Part shown: one piece after another, positions 7,852-16,487 of the stretch
How the letters are laid out: the number at the start of each line of letters is the position of its first letter
Numbering within the stretch: position 1 is the stretch's first letter
Assembly (NCBI GenBank): GCA_012514895.1
Contig: JAAYZK010000107.1
Span: 1 to 27,378, forward strand
DNA length: 27,378 nucleotides
Origin: Planctomycetota bacterium
Lineage (GTDB): Bacteria; Planctomycetota; Phycisphaerae; SM23-33; FEN-1343
Direction: 5' to 3'
Notes under the pieces: generated by a model
Seen by the model: the letters and a program-made list of their open reading frames with translations, nothing else
What the model was told of the DNA's origin: nothing
Database searches by the model: none
Position numbers and translations under genes: made by a program

Positions 7852-10473
7852 TTACGGCACAGCCATCGCGGCGGCGCTGTCCGACTCGGCGACGGTCGAC
7901 TGGTGCTCCAGCAGCCGCAGGCGGCAGACCAGCAGGGCCGTGTCGAGCTGGATGTCGGCGCGGAACTGCAGGGCCATGTCCTCGTTGAGCTGGGCCTCAT
8001 CGCGGCTCTTGATGATCTCGGTTCGCCGCAGGAGGCGCATCCACCGCCGAAGCTGCCTGGGCGTCACGGGGGGGTTGATGTCGGGCTCGACGCCCCACTC
8101 GGTCGCCCCGTCGATCCGGTGCAGGCAGCGGTCGCTGGGCAGGTAGTAGTACGCCGCCGTGATCTTCAGGTACGCGTCGTTCAGCCCGCCGGTCGGGTCC
8201 GGCCGGATCGGAATGAGGTTCTGCACGCTGCCCTTGCCGAAGCTTCTCTGGCCGACGATGACGGCCCGCCCCAGGTCCTTCAGGGCGCCGCTGACGATCT
8301 CGGCCGCCGAGGCCGAGCTCTTGTCGACCAGCACGACCAGCTCCCCGTCGAGGAACTGCCCGCTGGGTGTCGCGTGGAACCGCCCGGTCTGCTGCTGGCG
8401 GCCCTTGGTCGAGACGATCTGCCCCCGCCGGACGAACTCGTCGGTCACGTCCACCGCAGCCTTGAGGAACCCGCCGGGGTTGCCCCGCAGGTCCAGGATC
8501 AGCCCGCGGACGCCCTGGGTGTGCATCTCGGCCAGGGCGCGGCGGAGCTCGTCGACGGTGTCGCGGTTGAAGTTGGTGATGCGGACGTAGCCGATCCCGT
8601 TGTCCGGATCGAGCATCCAGTCCCACCCGCCGTCATTGGTGCGGCGCCAGCCCTTGACCGTCTGGATGTGGATCTCCGCCCGCACCAGCGACTCGGTCAG
8701 CAGCGTATCCAGCCCCGGCCGCTTGATCGTCAGCGTCACCGTCGTGCCCTCGGGGCCCGTGATCCTGCGGACGGCCTCCTCGATGTCGATCCCGCGGGCC
8801 GACTCGCCGTCGATCTCCAGGATCAGGTCGCCGGCCTTGATCCCCGCGTGGTAGGCCGGGGAGTCCTCCAGGGGCGTCACGACCATCAGCAGGTCGGTCT
8901 CCCGCTGCAACTGGATCTGGATCCCCACGCCGCGGAAGCTGCCCATCGTCTGCTTGCGGAAGTCGGACCACTCGCTGGGCCAGATCATCGAGCTGAAGCG
9001 GTCCAGCTCCTGCATCACGCCCTCGGTGAACTCCACGTCGATGACCTCGTCGGGCAGGTTCACCGTCTGGCGGTTGGCGTCCAGCACGCTCATCAGGGCC
9101 ATGCCCACGAAGCGGTGCGTCGAGTCGGGCGCCCGCTCGGCCTCGGCGATGAGCCTGTCGATGCGGGCGATGAACGCCGTGCGCCGGCCCTCGTCGGCCA
9201 GCCCGTCGAACGTGTCGGCCACCTCCGGCGACTGCGCCAGCACGCGGACCGCCCGCAGGCCGCCCAGCAGAAGCTTCTGGTAATCGACGGTTTCGACGTA
9301 CGTCTCGTCGATCCGCGCCAGGGCGTTGCGCACCATGTCGGCGTCCACGCCGCTGACGAACTCGGTCCATCTCACCTCGTCGCCTTCGGGGATCTTCTGC
9401 TCCTCACTCTCCGGGACGTCGGCCTGGTCGGCATCAGCGGCCATCGCCTCGGGCGCGTACAGCGACACGACCCGCGCCCACCGGGTCGTGTGCTTGATGC
9501 GGTCGTCGTACCGCTCGTCGTCGAAGACCTCCCGCAGCACGCCGTACAGGGCCAGCGCCTCGTACCACTTCTTCTGGCCCACCAGTTCCTCGGCCCGCTT
9601 CTCGGCGCCGGCGACGATCGCCTCGGCCCAGGGTTCCTTCAGGAACAACAGGTCATCCCCGGCCACCTGCTTGATCATCAGCAACCGGTCGACCGCCGCC
9701 TGCCAGGGGTGGGTGGTCACCAGCGCGCTGAGGTCGTCGGTGGCCATCAGCAGCGTGTCGGTCTGGTCGGACAGGTCGTTGAGGCTCCGCTCGCTGGCCG
9801 CCAGGGTTCCCCACGGCTTCTCGGCGGTGGCGGCGATGAAAGCGTCCAGCGTTCCCAGCAGGCGATCGGCGGCCAGGCCGATCTCCTCGGCGTGCACGCA
9901 AGACTGGCCGTCCAGTTCGGCGCGGATCGCGCCGAGGGCCTCGACCATCCTGGCCCGCTCGCGGGCAAGCCGCTCGGCGTACCAGCCGTCGGAGGCGATG
10001 TTTTCCCCCACGTGGGGCGCGCCCACGATGTCGATGACCACCTCGCGGACCGTGTCGACGTGCTCGCGCACCGCCTCGATGGTGCCGTTGGGTTCGTCGG
10101 CGTGCAGGGCCACGTTCAGCAGCACGCGGGCGACCGCGACGGAGGCCTCGTAGTCGGCCAGCCGGTCCTTCTCGTCAGCCTCGCGGCGTTCGAGGAAGCC
10201 CCGCGTCCACTCGGCCGCCTGCTTGACGACCGGGTCTTCGGGATCGATCTGGGCGGCCGACATCAGCGTAGCGACGCCGTCGCGGAATTGTCCGGCCAGC
10301 AGTTGCGTCAGGGCTTCGCGCCGCACCTGGGCCAGGTCCGACGACCGGGCCGGACTGTCCGCGGGCGCCGCCGTCGCCCCCCCGGGGAGTTCCCCGTCGG
10401 CCGTCGCCGGACCGGAGGCCGTAAGTGCCGCAGTCACAACGACTAGCAGGACGGTCACCCAACTTCGATTCAT
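7852..10473 (-). CDS. S41-family C-terminal processing (tail-specific) peptidase with a PDZ domain and an unusually long helical N-terminal extension of about 500 aa; secreted.
   Basis: Signal peptide MNRSWVTVLLVVVTAALTASGPATA. PDZ region (GIKAGDLILEIDG). S41 catalytic Ser/Lys region (DKSSASAAEIVSG ... SFGKGSVQ). 873 aa. Confidence 0.88.
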   Translation of the reverse strand: MNRSWVTVLLVVVTAALTASGPATADGELPGGATAAPADSPARSSDLAQVRREALTQLLAGQFRDGVATLMSAAQIDPEDPVVKQAAEWTRGFLERREADEKDRLADYEASVAVARVLLNVALHADEPNGTIEAVREHVDTVREVVIDIVGAPHVGENIASDGWYAERLARERARMVEALGAIRAELDGQSCVHAEEIGLAADRLLGTLDAFIAATAEKPWGTLAASERSLNDLSDQTDTLLMATDDLSALVTTHPWQAAVDRLLMIKQVAGDDLLFLKEPWAEAIVAGAEKRAEELVGQKKWYEALALYGVLREVFDDERYDDRIKHTTRWARVVSLYAPEAMAADADQADVPESEEQKIPEGDEVRWTEFVSGVDADMVRNALARIDETYVETVDYQKLLLGGLRAVRVLAQSPEVADTFDGLADEGRRTAFIARIDRLIAEAERAPDSTHRFVGMALMSVLDANRQTVNLPDEVIDVEFTEGVMQELDRFSSMIWPSEWSDFRKQTMGSFRGVGIQIQLQRETDLLMVVTPLEDSPAYHAGIKAGDLILEIDGESARGIDIEEAVRRITGPEGTTVTLTIKRPGLDTLLTESLVRAEIHIQTVKGWRRTNDGGWDWMLDPDNGIGYVRITNFNRDTVDELRRALAEMHTQGVRGLILDLRGNPGGFLKAAVDVTDEFVRRGQIVSTKGRQQQTGRFHATPSGQFLDGELVVLVDKSSASAAEIVSGALKDLGRAVIVGQRSFGKGSVQNLIPIRPDPTGGLNDAYLKITAAYYYLPSDRCLHRIDGATEWGVEPDINPPVTPRQLRRWMRLLRRTEIIKSRDEAQLNEDMALQFRADIQLDTALLVCRLRLLEHQSTVAESDSAAAMAVP

Positions 10474-10653
10474 GGTTGCCTACTCCAATGCTCCTGTGCA
10501 GACGCCGCGACGACACCCGCGCCGGCAGCCCCCCACATCAAGACACTCATCTGTAGTCTAGCTTTCACAGCCGTCGCGTTGCAACGACCTTGCTCTTTTC
10601 AGCCCCCCGCCCCCGGCCCGGCCCCTCCTAAGCCGCACGAACGGAAGAACGGC

Positions 10654-10768
10654 GACGGCAGGCTGCAGGCTACCGGCTGCTGGCTGTAGGGGCGGTCGGC
10701 GCATAGCGTTGCCGTTCCTGCAGCCTGTAGCCAGCGGCCTGCCGTTCTCAGGCTGCCGTTCTTCCCTC
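10654..10768. repeat. Imperfect palindromic intergenic element built from GGAAGAACGGC / GCCGTTCTTCC and CAGGCTGCAGG / CCTGCAGCCTG arms. A core of about 22 bp (GCCGTTCCTGCAGCCTGTAGCC, 10719-10740) recurs in inverted orientation at 12301-12326.
   Basis: Reverse complement of 12301-12326 (CAGGCTGCAGGCTGCAGGAACGGCCT) is about 90% identical to 10719-10740. Both copies are intergenic. Confidence 0.55.
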
Positions 10769-10831
10769 GACGACCAGGGTCTGCCGTGGTACGATGCCGC
10801 CGATGATCGACCCTTGCCCGGAGGCACAGCC

Positions 10832-11155
10832 ATGATCCAGTGCCAGGACTGTGAGTTCTTCGAACATAACGCCAAAGGCGGATTCGGCTTCAAGTGCGAC
10901 CCTTTCCGCACGATCAAGGAGCCGGAGTGCCTCACCAAGTGGCAGCTCATCAAGATCGAGCAGATGGTGCAGGCCTACCAGGCAACGCTCGACTACTACC
11001 GCCGTCTGGCACCCCTGCAGGAAAAGATGTTCCGCGTCATGGAGCGCGAGATGGACGACCTCAACGAGTCCGAAAACTGGAAACTCGCCGACGACGAAGA
11101 AGAAGACGATGACGGTCCTTACGACGACGAAGACCGGTGGGGTCGCCCCACTTGA
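10832..11155 (+). CDS. Small (107 aa) hypothetical protein with an N-terminal Cys4 cluster (CxxC-x14-C-x10-C) and a strongly acidic C-terminal tail (DDEEEDDDGPYDDED). Start at MIQCQDCEFF (GGAGG 8 nt upstream), not the ORF-track start at 10709.
   Basis: RBS GGAGG before ATG 10832. The upstream part of the 148-aa ORF overlaps the palindromic repeat region and lacks an RBS. Composition is protein-like. Confidence 0.55.
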   Translation: MIQCQDCEFFEHNAKGGFGFKCDPFRTIKEPECLTKWQLIKIEQMVQAYQATLDYYRRLAPLQEKMFRVMEREMDDLNESENWKLADDEEEDDDGPYDDEDRWGRPT

Positions 11156-11234
11156 CGGTTGACGGGGGGCGCCTTGGGGCCCATAATCCGCCAAACGGTT
11201 AGGATTCACAGGTTTCTAAACAAAGGACACACCG

Positions 11235-12251
11235 ATGGCCGACGTTACGATTCTCTACGACAAGGACGGCTCGCTCGAGCCGCTGATGGGCAAGACCGTC
11301 GCCGTGCTCGGGTACGGCAGCCAGGGCCACGCCCACGCCCAGAACCTGCGGGACAGCGGCGTGAACGTCATCGTCGCCGAACTGCCCAAGACCGCCAACG
11401 GCAAGCTCGCCGCTGAGCACGGGTTCAAGCCCGTGTCGGCCGCCGAGGCCACCAAGAAGGCCGACCTGATCATCCTCACACTGCCCGACGAGGTCCAGTC
11501 GGTAGTGTACAAGAAGGAAATCGAACCGAACCTCAAGCCCGGCAAGGTGTTGGGCTTCTGCCACGGGTTCAACATCCACTTCAAACAGATCGTCCCGCCC
11601 GCCGGGGTCGACGTCGTCATGATCGCCCCCAAGGGCCCCGGGCACACCGTCCGGAGCTGTTATGAAGAAGGCTCGGGCGTCCCCTGCCTGATCGCCATCG
11701 AGAAGAACGACACCGGCAACGCCCGCGACATCGCCCTGGCCTGGGGCATCGGCATCGGCGGCGGCCGCGCCGGCATCATCGAGACCACCTTCAAGGAAGA
11801 GACCGAAACCGACCTGTTCGGCGAGCAGGTCGTCCTGTGCGGCGGGCTGACCGCCCTGGTCAAGGCGGGCTTCGACACCCTCGTCGAGGCCGGCTACAAG
11901 CCCCACATCGCCTACTTCGAGGTGCTCCACGAGCTGCTGCTGATCATCAAGCTCATGAGCGAGGGCGGGATCAGCTACATGCGCTACAGCATCTCTAACA
12001 CCGCCGAGTACGGCGACCTGACCCGCGGCCCGCGCCTGATCACCGACCAGACCCGCGCCGAAATGAGGAAGATCCTCAAGGAAATCCAGTCCGGCGCCTT
12101 CGCCAAGGAATGGCTCGACGAGTGCAAGGCCGGCAAGCCCAACTTCACGCGCCTCTACGAAGCCGACAAGAACCACCCCATCGAAGTCGTCGGCAGGCAG
12201 CTCCGCAAGATGTTCAGTTGGATGGAAGCCAAGGAAGCGCCGGAAGAATAG
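11235..12251 (+). CDS. ilvC: Ketol-acid reductoisomerase (class I, about 338 aa).
   Basis: [22 protein letters not shown]-binding signature. Conserved KARI motifs ([28 protein letters not shown]). Confidence 0.95.
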   Translation: MADVTILYDKDGSLEPLMGKTVAVLGYGSQGHAHAQNLRDSGVNVIVAELPKTANGKLAAEHGFKPVSAAEATKKADLIILTLPDEVQSVVYKKEIEPNLKPGKVLGFCHGFNIHFKQIVPPAGVDVVMIAPKGPGHTVRSCYEEGSGVPCLIAIEKNDTGNARDIALAWGIGIGGGRAGIIETTFKEETETDLFGEQVVLCGGLTALVKAGFDTLVEAGYKPHIAYFEVLHELLLIIKLMSEGGISYMRYSISNTAEYGDLTRGPRLITDQTRAEMRKILKEIQSGAFAKEWLDECKAGKPNFTRLYEADKNHPIEVVGRQLRKMFSWMEAKEAPEE

Positions 12252-12300
12252 CACGCCAGGCCGACAACGACCTGCCTCCGCCAAGGCTTCGGCGGACAGG

Positions 12301-12326
12301 CAGGCTGCAGGCTGCAGGAACGGCCT
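12301..12326. repeat. Second copy (inverted) of the REP-like element core seen at 10719-10740, in the ilvC-GH3 intergenic region.
   Basis: CAGGCTGCAGGCTGCAGGAACGGCCTGG. See the feature at 10654-10768. Confidence 0.5.
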
Positions 12327-12426
12327 GGCGCCTGAGACTTGTGAGTGACCCACCAGCGGCCGCCCGGAATCCCGGACGGCCGCTGTTTCGCGCGATGAGA
12401 CACCCCCTGGAAGACAGAGAACGCCC

Positions 12427-14589
12427 ATGACCGACTCGCCCCTTTACCGGAACCCCGCCGCACCCGTGGACCAGCGCGTCGACGACCTGCTCGGCCGCAT
12501 GAGCCTCGAGGAGAAGGTCGGGCAGATGCTCCAGCTCGACGGCCGCAAGGACCCCCAGGCCGGCCTGCGCGAACGCCATCCCGGTTCCTTCCTCCACGTT
12601 CTCGGCGACGACGCCGTCGCCCTCCAGAACGCCGCGATGAAGACCCGCCTGGGGATCCCCCTGCTGTTCGGCATCGACGCCATCCACGGCCATTCCTTCT
12701 GGGCCGGGGCGACGATGTTCCCCACCCAGCTCGGCCTGGCCTGCGCGTGGAACGCCGACCTGGCCCACAGGGTCGGGCGGATCACGGCGATGGAGATGAG
12801 CCACACCGGCGTCCACTGGACCTTCGCCCCCGTGCTCTGCCTGGCACGCGATCTGCGATGGGGCCGCATCGACGAGACGTTCGGCGAGGACCCCCTGCTG
12901 ATCGGCGATCTGGCCTCGGCCATGATCGACGGCCTCCAGGGCGACGACCTCGGCGATCGCTACAGCGTCCTGGCCTGCGCCAAGCACTTCGCCGCCTACA
13001 GCGAGACGCACGGCGGGCGGGATGCCACCGAGGCCGACCTGTCGCGACGGAAGCTGCGCAGCACCTTCCTGCCGGCCTTCCGCCGGGCGACGGGCGCGGC
13101 GACGTACATGATCGGCTACCAGGCCATCGACGGGGTCCCCTGCACCGCCAGCCGATGGCTGCTGACCGAGGTGCTCCGCGAGGAGTGGGGCTTCGAGGGC
13201 TTCACCGTCACCGACTGGAACAACGTCGGGGCCCTGGTCACCCACCAGCACGTCGCCGCCGACATCGCCGCCGCCGCCGCCATGGCCGTCCGGGCCGGCT
13301 GCGACATGATCATGAACACGCCGGCGTTCTACGAAGGCGCCCTGGAGGCCGTCCACCGCGGCGACCTCGACGAGGCCCTCGTCGACCAGGCGGTCCGGCG
13401 GATCCTCCGGATGAAGTTCATCATGGGCCTGTTCGAAGACCCCCGCCTGCCCGATCCGGCCAGACGTCCCGAACTGATCGCCACCGACGAGCACAAGGCC
13501 GTCAATCTCCAGGCCGCCCGGGAGTCGATTGTTCTGCTCCGGAACAGCGGCCTGCTGCCGCTGGCGACCGAGACGCTGAAGAAGGTGGCGGTGATCGGCC
13601 CGAATGCCGACGACACGGTGGCGCAACTGGGCGACTGGTCGCTGGGCACCGGCCAGGCCGGCCAGGGCGCCCATCCCCGCCAGTCCATCACGACCGTCCT
13701 GGACGGACTGCGGGGGCGGCTGGAGGGCACGGCCGAGGTCGTCTACGCCAGGGGCTGCAACGTGGTGGATGACGACACCGGCGGCATCGACGAGGCGGTC
13801 CGGACGGCCACCGGCGCGGACGTGGCCATCGTGGTCGTCGGCGACCAGAAGCCCTTCATCGGCGAGGCCCGCTCGACCGCCACGCTCGAGCTGCAGGGCG
13901 CCCAGCAGGCGCTGCTGGAGGCGGTGCATGCGACCGGCACGCCGATGGTCGTCGTCCTGCTGGCCTCCAAGCCGCTGGCCGTCGAGTGGATCGACGGGCA
14001 CGCCGCCGCGGTCCTGGTCGCGTTCAACCCGGGCATGGCGGGCGGGCAGGCCGTCGCCGAGATCCTCTGCGGCGACGTGAACCCCTCCGGCAAGCTGCCC
14101 ATCAGCTTCGCCCGCCACGTCGGCCAGCAGCCGGTGTACTACAACCAGCTTCCCGGCCAGCACGGCACGAAGTACGCCGACCTCACGCAGGAGCCGCTCT
14201 ACCGGTTCGGCAAGGGCCTCAGTTACACGACCTTCGCCTACGGCAACCTGAGACTCGCCAGAAAGACGATCGCTCCCGGCGAGCCTGTCGCCTTCACCTT
14301 CGACGTGGCCAACACCGGCGGGCGGGACGGCGTCGAGATCGTCCAGGTCTACCTGCGCGACAGGATCACCTCCGTCACCTGGCCGCTCAAGACGCTCAAG
14401 GCCCACCGCCGCGTGGCGGTGAAGGCCGGGCGGACCGAGACGGTGAGCTTCACCCTCGACCACGACGCCCTGGCCCTGGTCGACGCGGACGGACGGTGGG
14501 TCGTCGAGCCCGGCGAGTTCGAGCTGCTCGTCGGGGCGTCGTCGGCCGACGAGGATCTGCTGGTGGCCGCGTTCGAGGTCACGGCGTAG
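12427..14589 (+). CDS. Glycoside hydrolase family 3 beta-glucosidase/beta-hexosaminidase-like (BglX-type), cytoplasmic with no signal peptide.
   Basis: GH3 N-terminal domain motifs (GIDAIHGHSF, FAPVLCLARDLRWGRIDETFGEDP, catalytic-region TDW), GH3 C-terminal domain and a fibronectin-like C-terminal region. 720 aa. Confidence 0.9.
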   Translation: MTDSPLYRNPAAPVDQRVDDLLGRMSLEEKVGQMLQLDGRKDPQAGLRERHPGSFLHVLGDDAVALQNAAMKTRLGIPLLFGIDAIHGHSFWAGATMFPTQLGLACAWNADLAHRVGRITAMEMSHTGVHWTFAPVLCLARDLRWGRIDETFGEDPLLIGDLASAMIDGLQGDDLGDRYSVLACAKHFAAYSETHGGRDATEADLSRRKLRSTFLPAFRRATGAATYMIGYQAIDGVPCTASRWLLTEVLREEWGFEGFTVTDWNNVGALVTHQHVAADIAAAAAMAVRAGCDMIMNTPAFYEGALEAVHRGDLDEALVDQAVRRILRMKFIMGLFEDPRLPDPARRPELIATDEHKAVNLQAARESIVLLRNSGLLPLATETLKKVAVIGPNADDTVAQLGDWSLGTGQAGQGAHPRQSITTVLDGLRGRLEGTAEVVYARGCNVVDDDTGGIDEAVRTATGADVAIVVVGDQKPFIGEARSTATLELQGAQQALLEAVHATGTPMVVVLLASKPLAVEWIDGHAAAVLVAFNPGMAGGQAVAEILCGDVNPSGKLPISFARHVGQQPVYYNQLPGQHGTKYADLTQEPLYRFGKGLSYTTFAYGNLRLARKTIAPGEPVAFTFDVANTGGRDGVEIVQVYLRDRITSVTWPLKTLKAHRRVAVKAGRTETVSFTLDHDALALVDADGRWVVEPGEFELLVGASSADEDLLVAAFEVTA

Positions 14590-14620
14590 ACTTCGGCGGC
14601 AGGACCAGGGAGACAGACCG

Positions 14621-15613
14621 ATGGAACACCGCAGACTCGGCTCGACCGACATCGACGTGTCCGTCATCACCTTCGGCGCCTGGGCGATCGGCGGCTGGAT
14701 GTGGGGCGGACAGGAGGAGAAGGACGCCATCGCGGCGATCCACGCGGCCCTGGACCACGGCGTCACGAGCATCGACACCGCCGCCGTGTACGGCTTCGGC
14801 GACTCCGAGCGGCTCGTCCGCAAGGCGGTCGGCAAGCGGCGCCACGAGGTGCGGATCTTCACGAAGTTCGGCCTGCGCTGGGACCGTGACGAGGGCGAGG
14901 TGCGGTTCGAGACCTTCGACAACGACGGCCGTCCCGTGAAGGTCCGTCGCAACGCACGGCCCGACAGCGTCATCGAGGAGTGCGACAACAGTCTGCGGCG
15001 GCTGGGCACCGACTATATCGACCTGTTCCAGATCCACTGGCCCGACCCGCAGACGCCCGTCGAAGAGACGATGGCGGCCCTGGACAGGCTCCTCCAGGCC
15101 GGCAAGATCCTCGCCGCCGGCGTGAGCAACTACTCCGTCGAGGACCTCGACCGCGCCCGCAGGACCTGCCCCATCGCCTCCTCGCAGCCGCCCTACAGCA
15201 TGGTCCTGCGCGGGGCCGAGAAGGACATGCTGCCCTACTGCCGCGAGCACACCATCGGCGTGGTCGTCTACTCGCCCCTGCAGAGGGGCCTGCTGACTGG
15301 CAAGGTGACGGCCGACCGGGAGTTCCCCGAGGACGACCATCGGCGGACCAACCCGCTGTTCAGCGTTGAGAACCGCAGGCGCGTCAACGCTTTCCTGGAT
15401 GAGATCCGCCCGGTCGCCGAGGCCCACGACGTGACGCTCGCCCAACTCGCCATCAACTGGACGATCCATCGCCCCGGCATCACCGCCGCCCTGGTCGGCA
15501 GCCGCAACGCCAGGCAGGCCGCGGAAAACGCCCAGGCCGCGAGCTTCAAGCTGAGGCCGGACGAGACGGCGTTCATCAATGAGCGGTTGGAGCGGCTGGA
15601 ACTGCTGCCGTAA
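14621..15613 (+). CDS. Aldo-keto reductase family oxidoreductase.
   Basis: AKR signature regions (IDTAAVYGFGDSE, HWPD, GVSNYS). 330 aa. GGGAG RBS. Confidence 0.9.
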   Translation: MEHRRLGSTDIDVSVITFGAWAIGGWMWGGQEEKDAIAAIHAALDHGVTSIDTAAVYGFGDSERLVRKAVGKRRHEVRIFTKFGLRWDRDEGEVRFETFDNDGRPVKVRRNARPDSVIEECDNSLRRLGTDYIDLFQIHWPDPQTPVEETMAALDRLLQAGKILAAGVSNYSVEDLDRARRTCPIASSQPPYSMVLRGAEKDMLPYCREHTIGVVVYSPLQRGLLTGKVTADREFPEDDHRRTNPLFSVENRRRVNAFLDEIRPVAEAHDVTLAQLAINWTIHRPGITAALVGSRNARQAAENAQAASFKLRPDETAFINERLERLELLP

Positions 15614-15618
15614 TCGTC

Positions 15619-16098
15619 TCACCCATGCAGCTTCACGGCCAGCTCGGCCACCATCGCCCCATACTCGCGGCCGTGTCGTGTGGCGCGGTCGTCGGGGACA
15701 TTGATGCCGACGGGCCCGTAGTGGTCGCCGCGGGCGACGCCCTTGACGACCATGCCGTGCACGAGCAGGCAGTTGAGGATGTCCAGGACGCAGGTCTCGT
15801 TGCCGCCGGCGAGGTTGGCCGAGGTGCAGAACGCCCCGCCGACCTTGCCGTCGAGTTTGCCGTGGTAAGCGACGGATTCGTCGATGAGCTTCTTGATCTC
15901 CCAGGCCATCGTCCCGTAGTAGACCGGCGAGCCGATCACGATCGCGTCGTAGCCCATCAGATCGGCGGCCTTGACCTGGGCGATCGGCTTGAAGTCCACC
16001 TCGGCGCCCGCCGTCTCGGCCGCCCCGTCCCGCACCGCCTCGGCCAGCGCCTGCGTGTGCCCGCTCCGCGTGTAGTACGTCACCAGTATCTTCGCCAT
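15619..16098 (-). CDS. Flavodoxin-fold NAD(P)H:quinone oxidoreductase / FMN reductase (WrbA-like), 160 aa. Start at MAKILVTYYTRSGHT (16098). The ORF-track extension to 16272 is rejected because it runs through tRNA-Leu.
   Basis: Flavodoxin-like FMN-binding N-terminus (ILVTYYTRSGHTQALAEAV), GSPVYYG motif. AAGGAA RBS about 14 nt upstream of ATG 16098. Confidence 0.85.
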   Translation of the reverse strand: MAKILVTYYTRSGHTQALAEAVRDGAAETAGAEVDFKPIAQVKAADLMGYDAIVIGSPVYYGTMAWEIKKLIDESVAYHGKLDGKVGGAFCTSANLAGGNETCVLDILNCLLVHGMVVKGVARGDHYGPVGINVPDDRATRHGREYGAMVAELAVKLHG

Positions 16099-16146
16099 GG
16101 GCGTCCCGTTCCTTTCCCGATGTTGTAGTCCGCACGTCCCGGCCAC

Positions 16147-16229
16147 TGGCCCGGGCGGGACTCGAACCCGCACGCCCTTGCGGGCAGGGGATTTTAAATC
16201 CCCAGCGTCTGCCATTCCGCCACCGGGCC
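16147..16229 (-). tRNA. tRNA-Leu, anticodon TAA, with a long variable arm; no CCA encoded.
   Basis: Reverse complement GGCCCGGTGGCGGAATGGCAGACGCTGGGGATTTAAAATCCCCTGCCCGCAAGGGCGTGCGGGTTCGAGTCCCGCCCGGGCCA. Acceptor GGCCCGG/CCGGGCC; anticodon stem GGGGA/TCCCC with loop TTTAAAA (anticodon UAA); long extra arm; T-arm GCGGGTTCGAGTCCCGC. Confidence 0.88.
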
Positions 16230-16244
16230 GGTGGGTGATGTTCC

Positions 16245-16272
16245 ATTCTATCCGCGACCGATGCGGATACAA
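16245..16272 (-). promoter_or_regulatory. Sigma70-like promoter candidate for tRNA-Leu on the minus strand: -35 TTGTAT, 16-nt spacer, -10 TAGAAT, about 15 nt before the tRNA 5' end. It overlaps an ATCCGC-N7-GCGGAT palindrome.
   Basis: Read from the reverse complement of 16245-16272. Confidence 0.4.
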
Positions 16273-16487
16273 CAGGACGCCAGGAGGTTATGAGAATCCG
16301 TCGCGGATTTTCCTTGCCGGATCGCCGGAAGGGTGCTAACGTTACATACGAATACTCCGGATCCGTTCGTCGCCGCCGGGTAAGGCGGAACCACGCGGGC
16401 GGGCCGGACGGTCAGAAAGGCACGGGGCCTTTCGCCGTTGGTGATCCCAGCCGACAGGCTGGGAGCCTAGCAGGAAGGAGTATCGTC

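Noticed and set aside
5826-10446. Antisense or alternative-frame ORFs over mutL and ctp (5826-7364 plus, 5905-7782 minus, 7903-10446 plus, 8633-9370 minus, 9326-10153 plus and others)
   Set aside because: They overlap confidently identified mutL and ctp. Their translations are repetitive R/G/P/A-rich with no motifs.
12214-16246. 931-aa ORF (12214-15009 minus) and 555-aa ORF (14579-16246 minus) antisense to the GH3 and AKR genes
   Set aside because: They are antisense to well-supported GH3, AKR and WrbA-like genes. Low-complexity composition, and the second runs through tRNA-Leu.
16099-16272. N-terminal 58 codons of the 217-aa minus-strand ORF (15619-16272)
   Set aside because: This extension overlaps tRNA-Leu (16147-16229) and is Gly/Arg/Pro-rich. 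The flavodoxin-like domain begins at M59 (16098), which has an RBS.
16290-16487. Upstream 66 codons of the pspA-1 ORF (MRIRRGFSLPDRRKG...)
   Set aside because: Basic, low-complexity and without an RBS. The conserved PspA N-terminus starts at M67, which has a strong AGGAAGGAG RBS.
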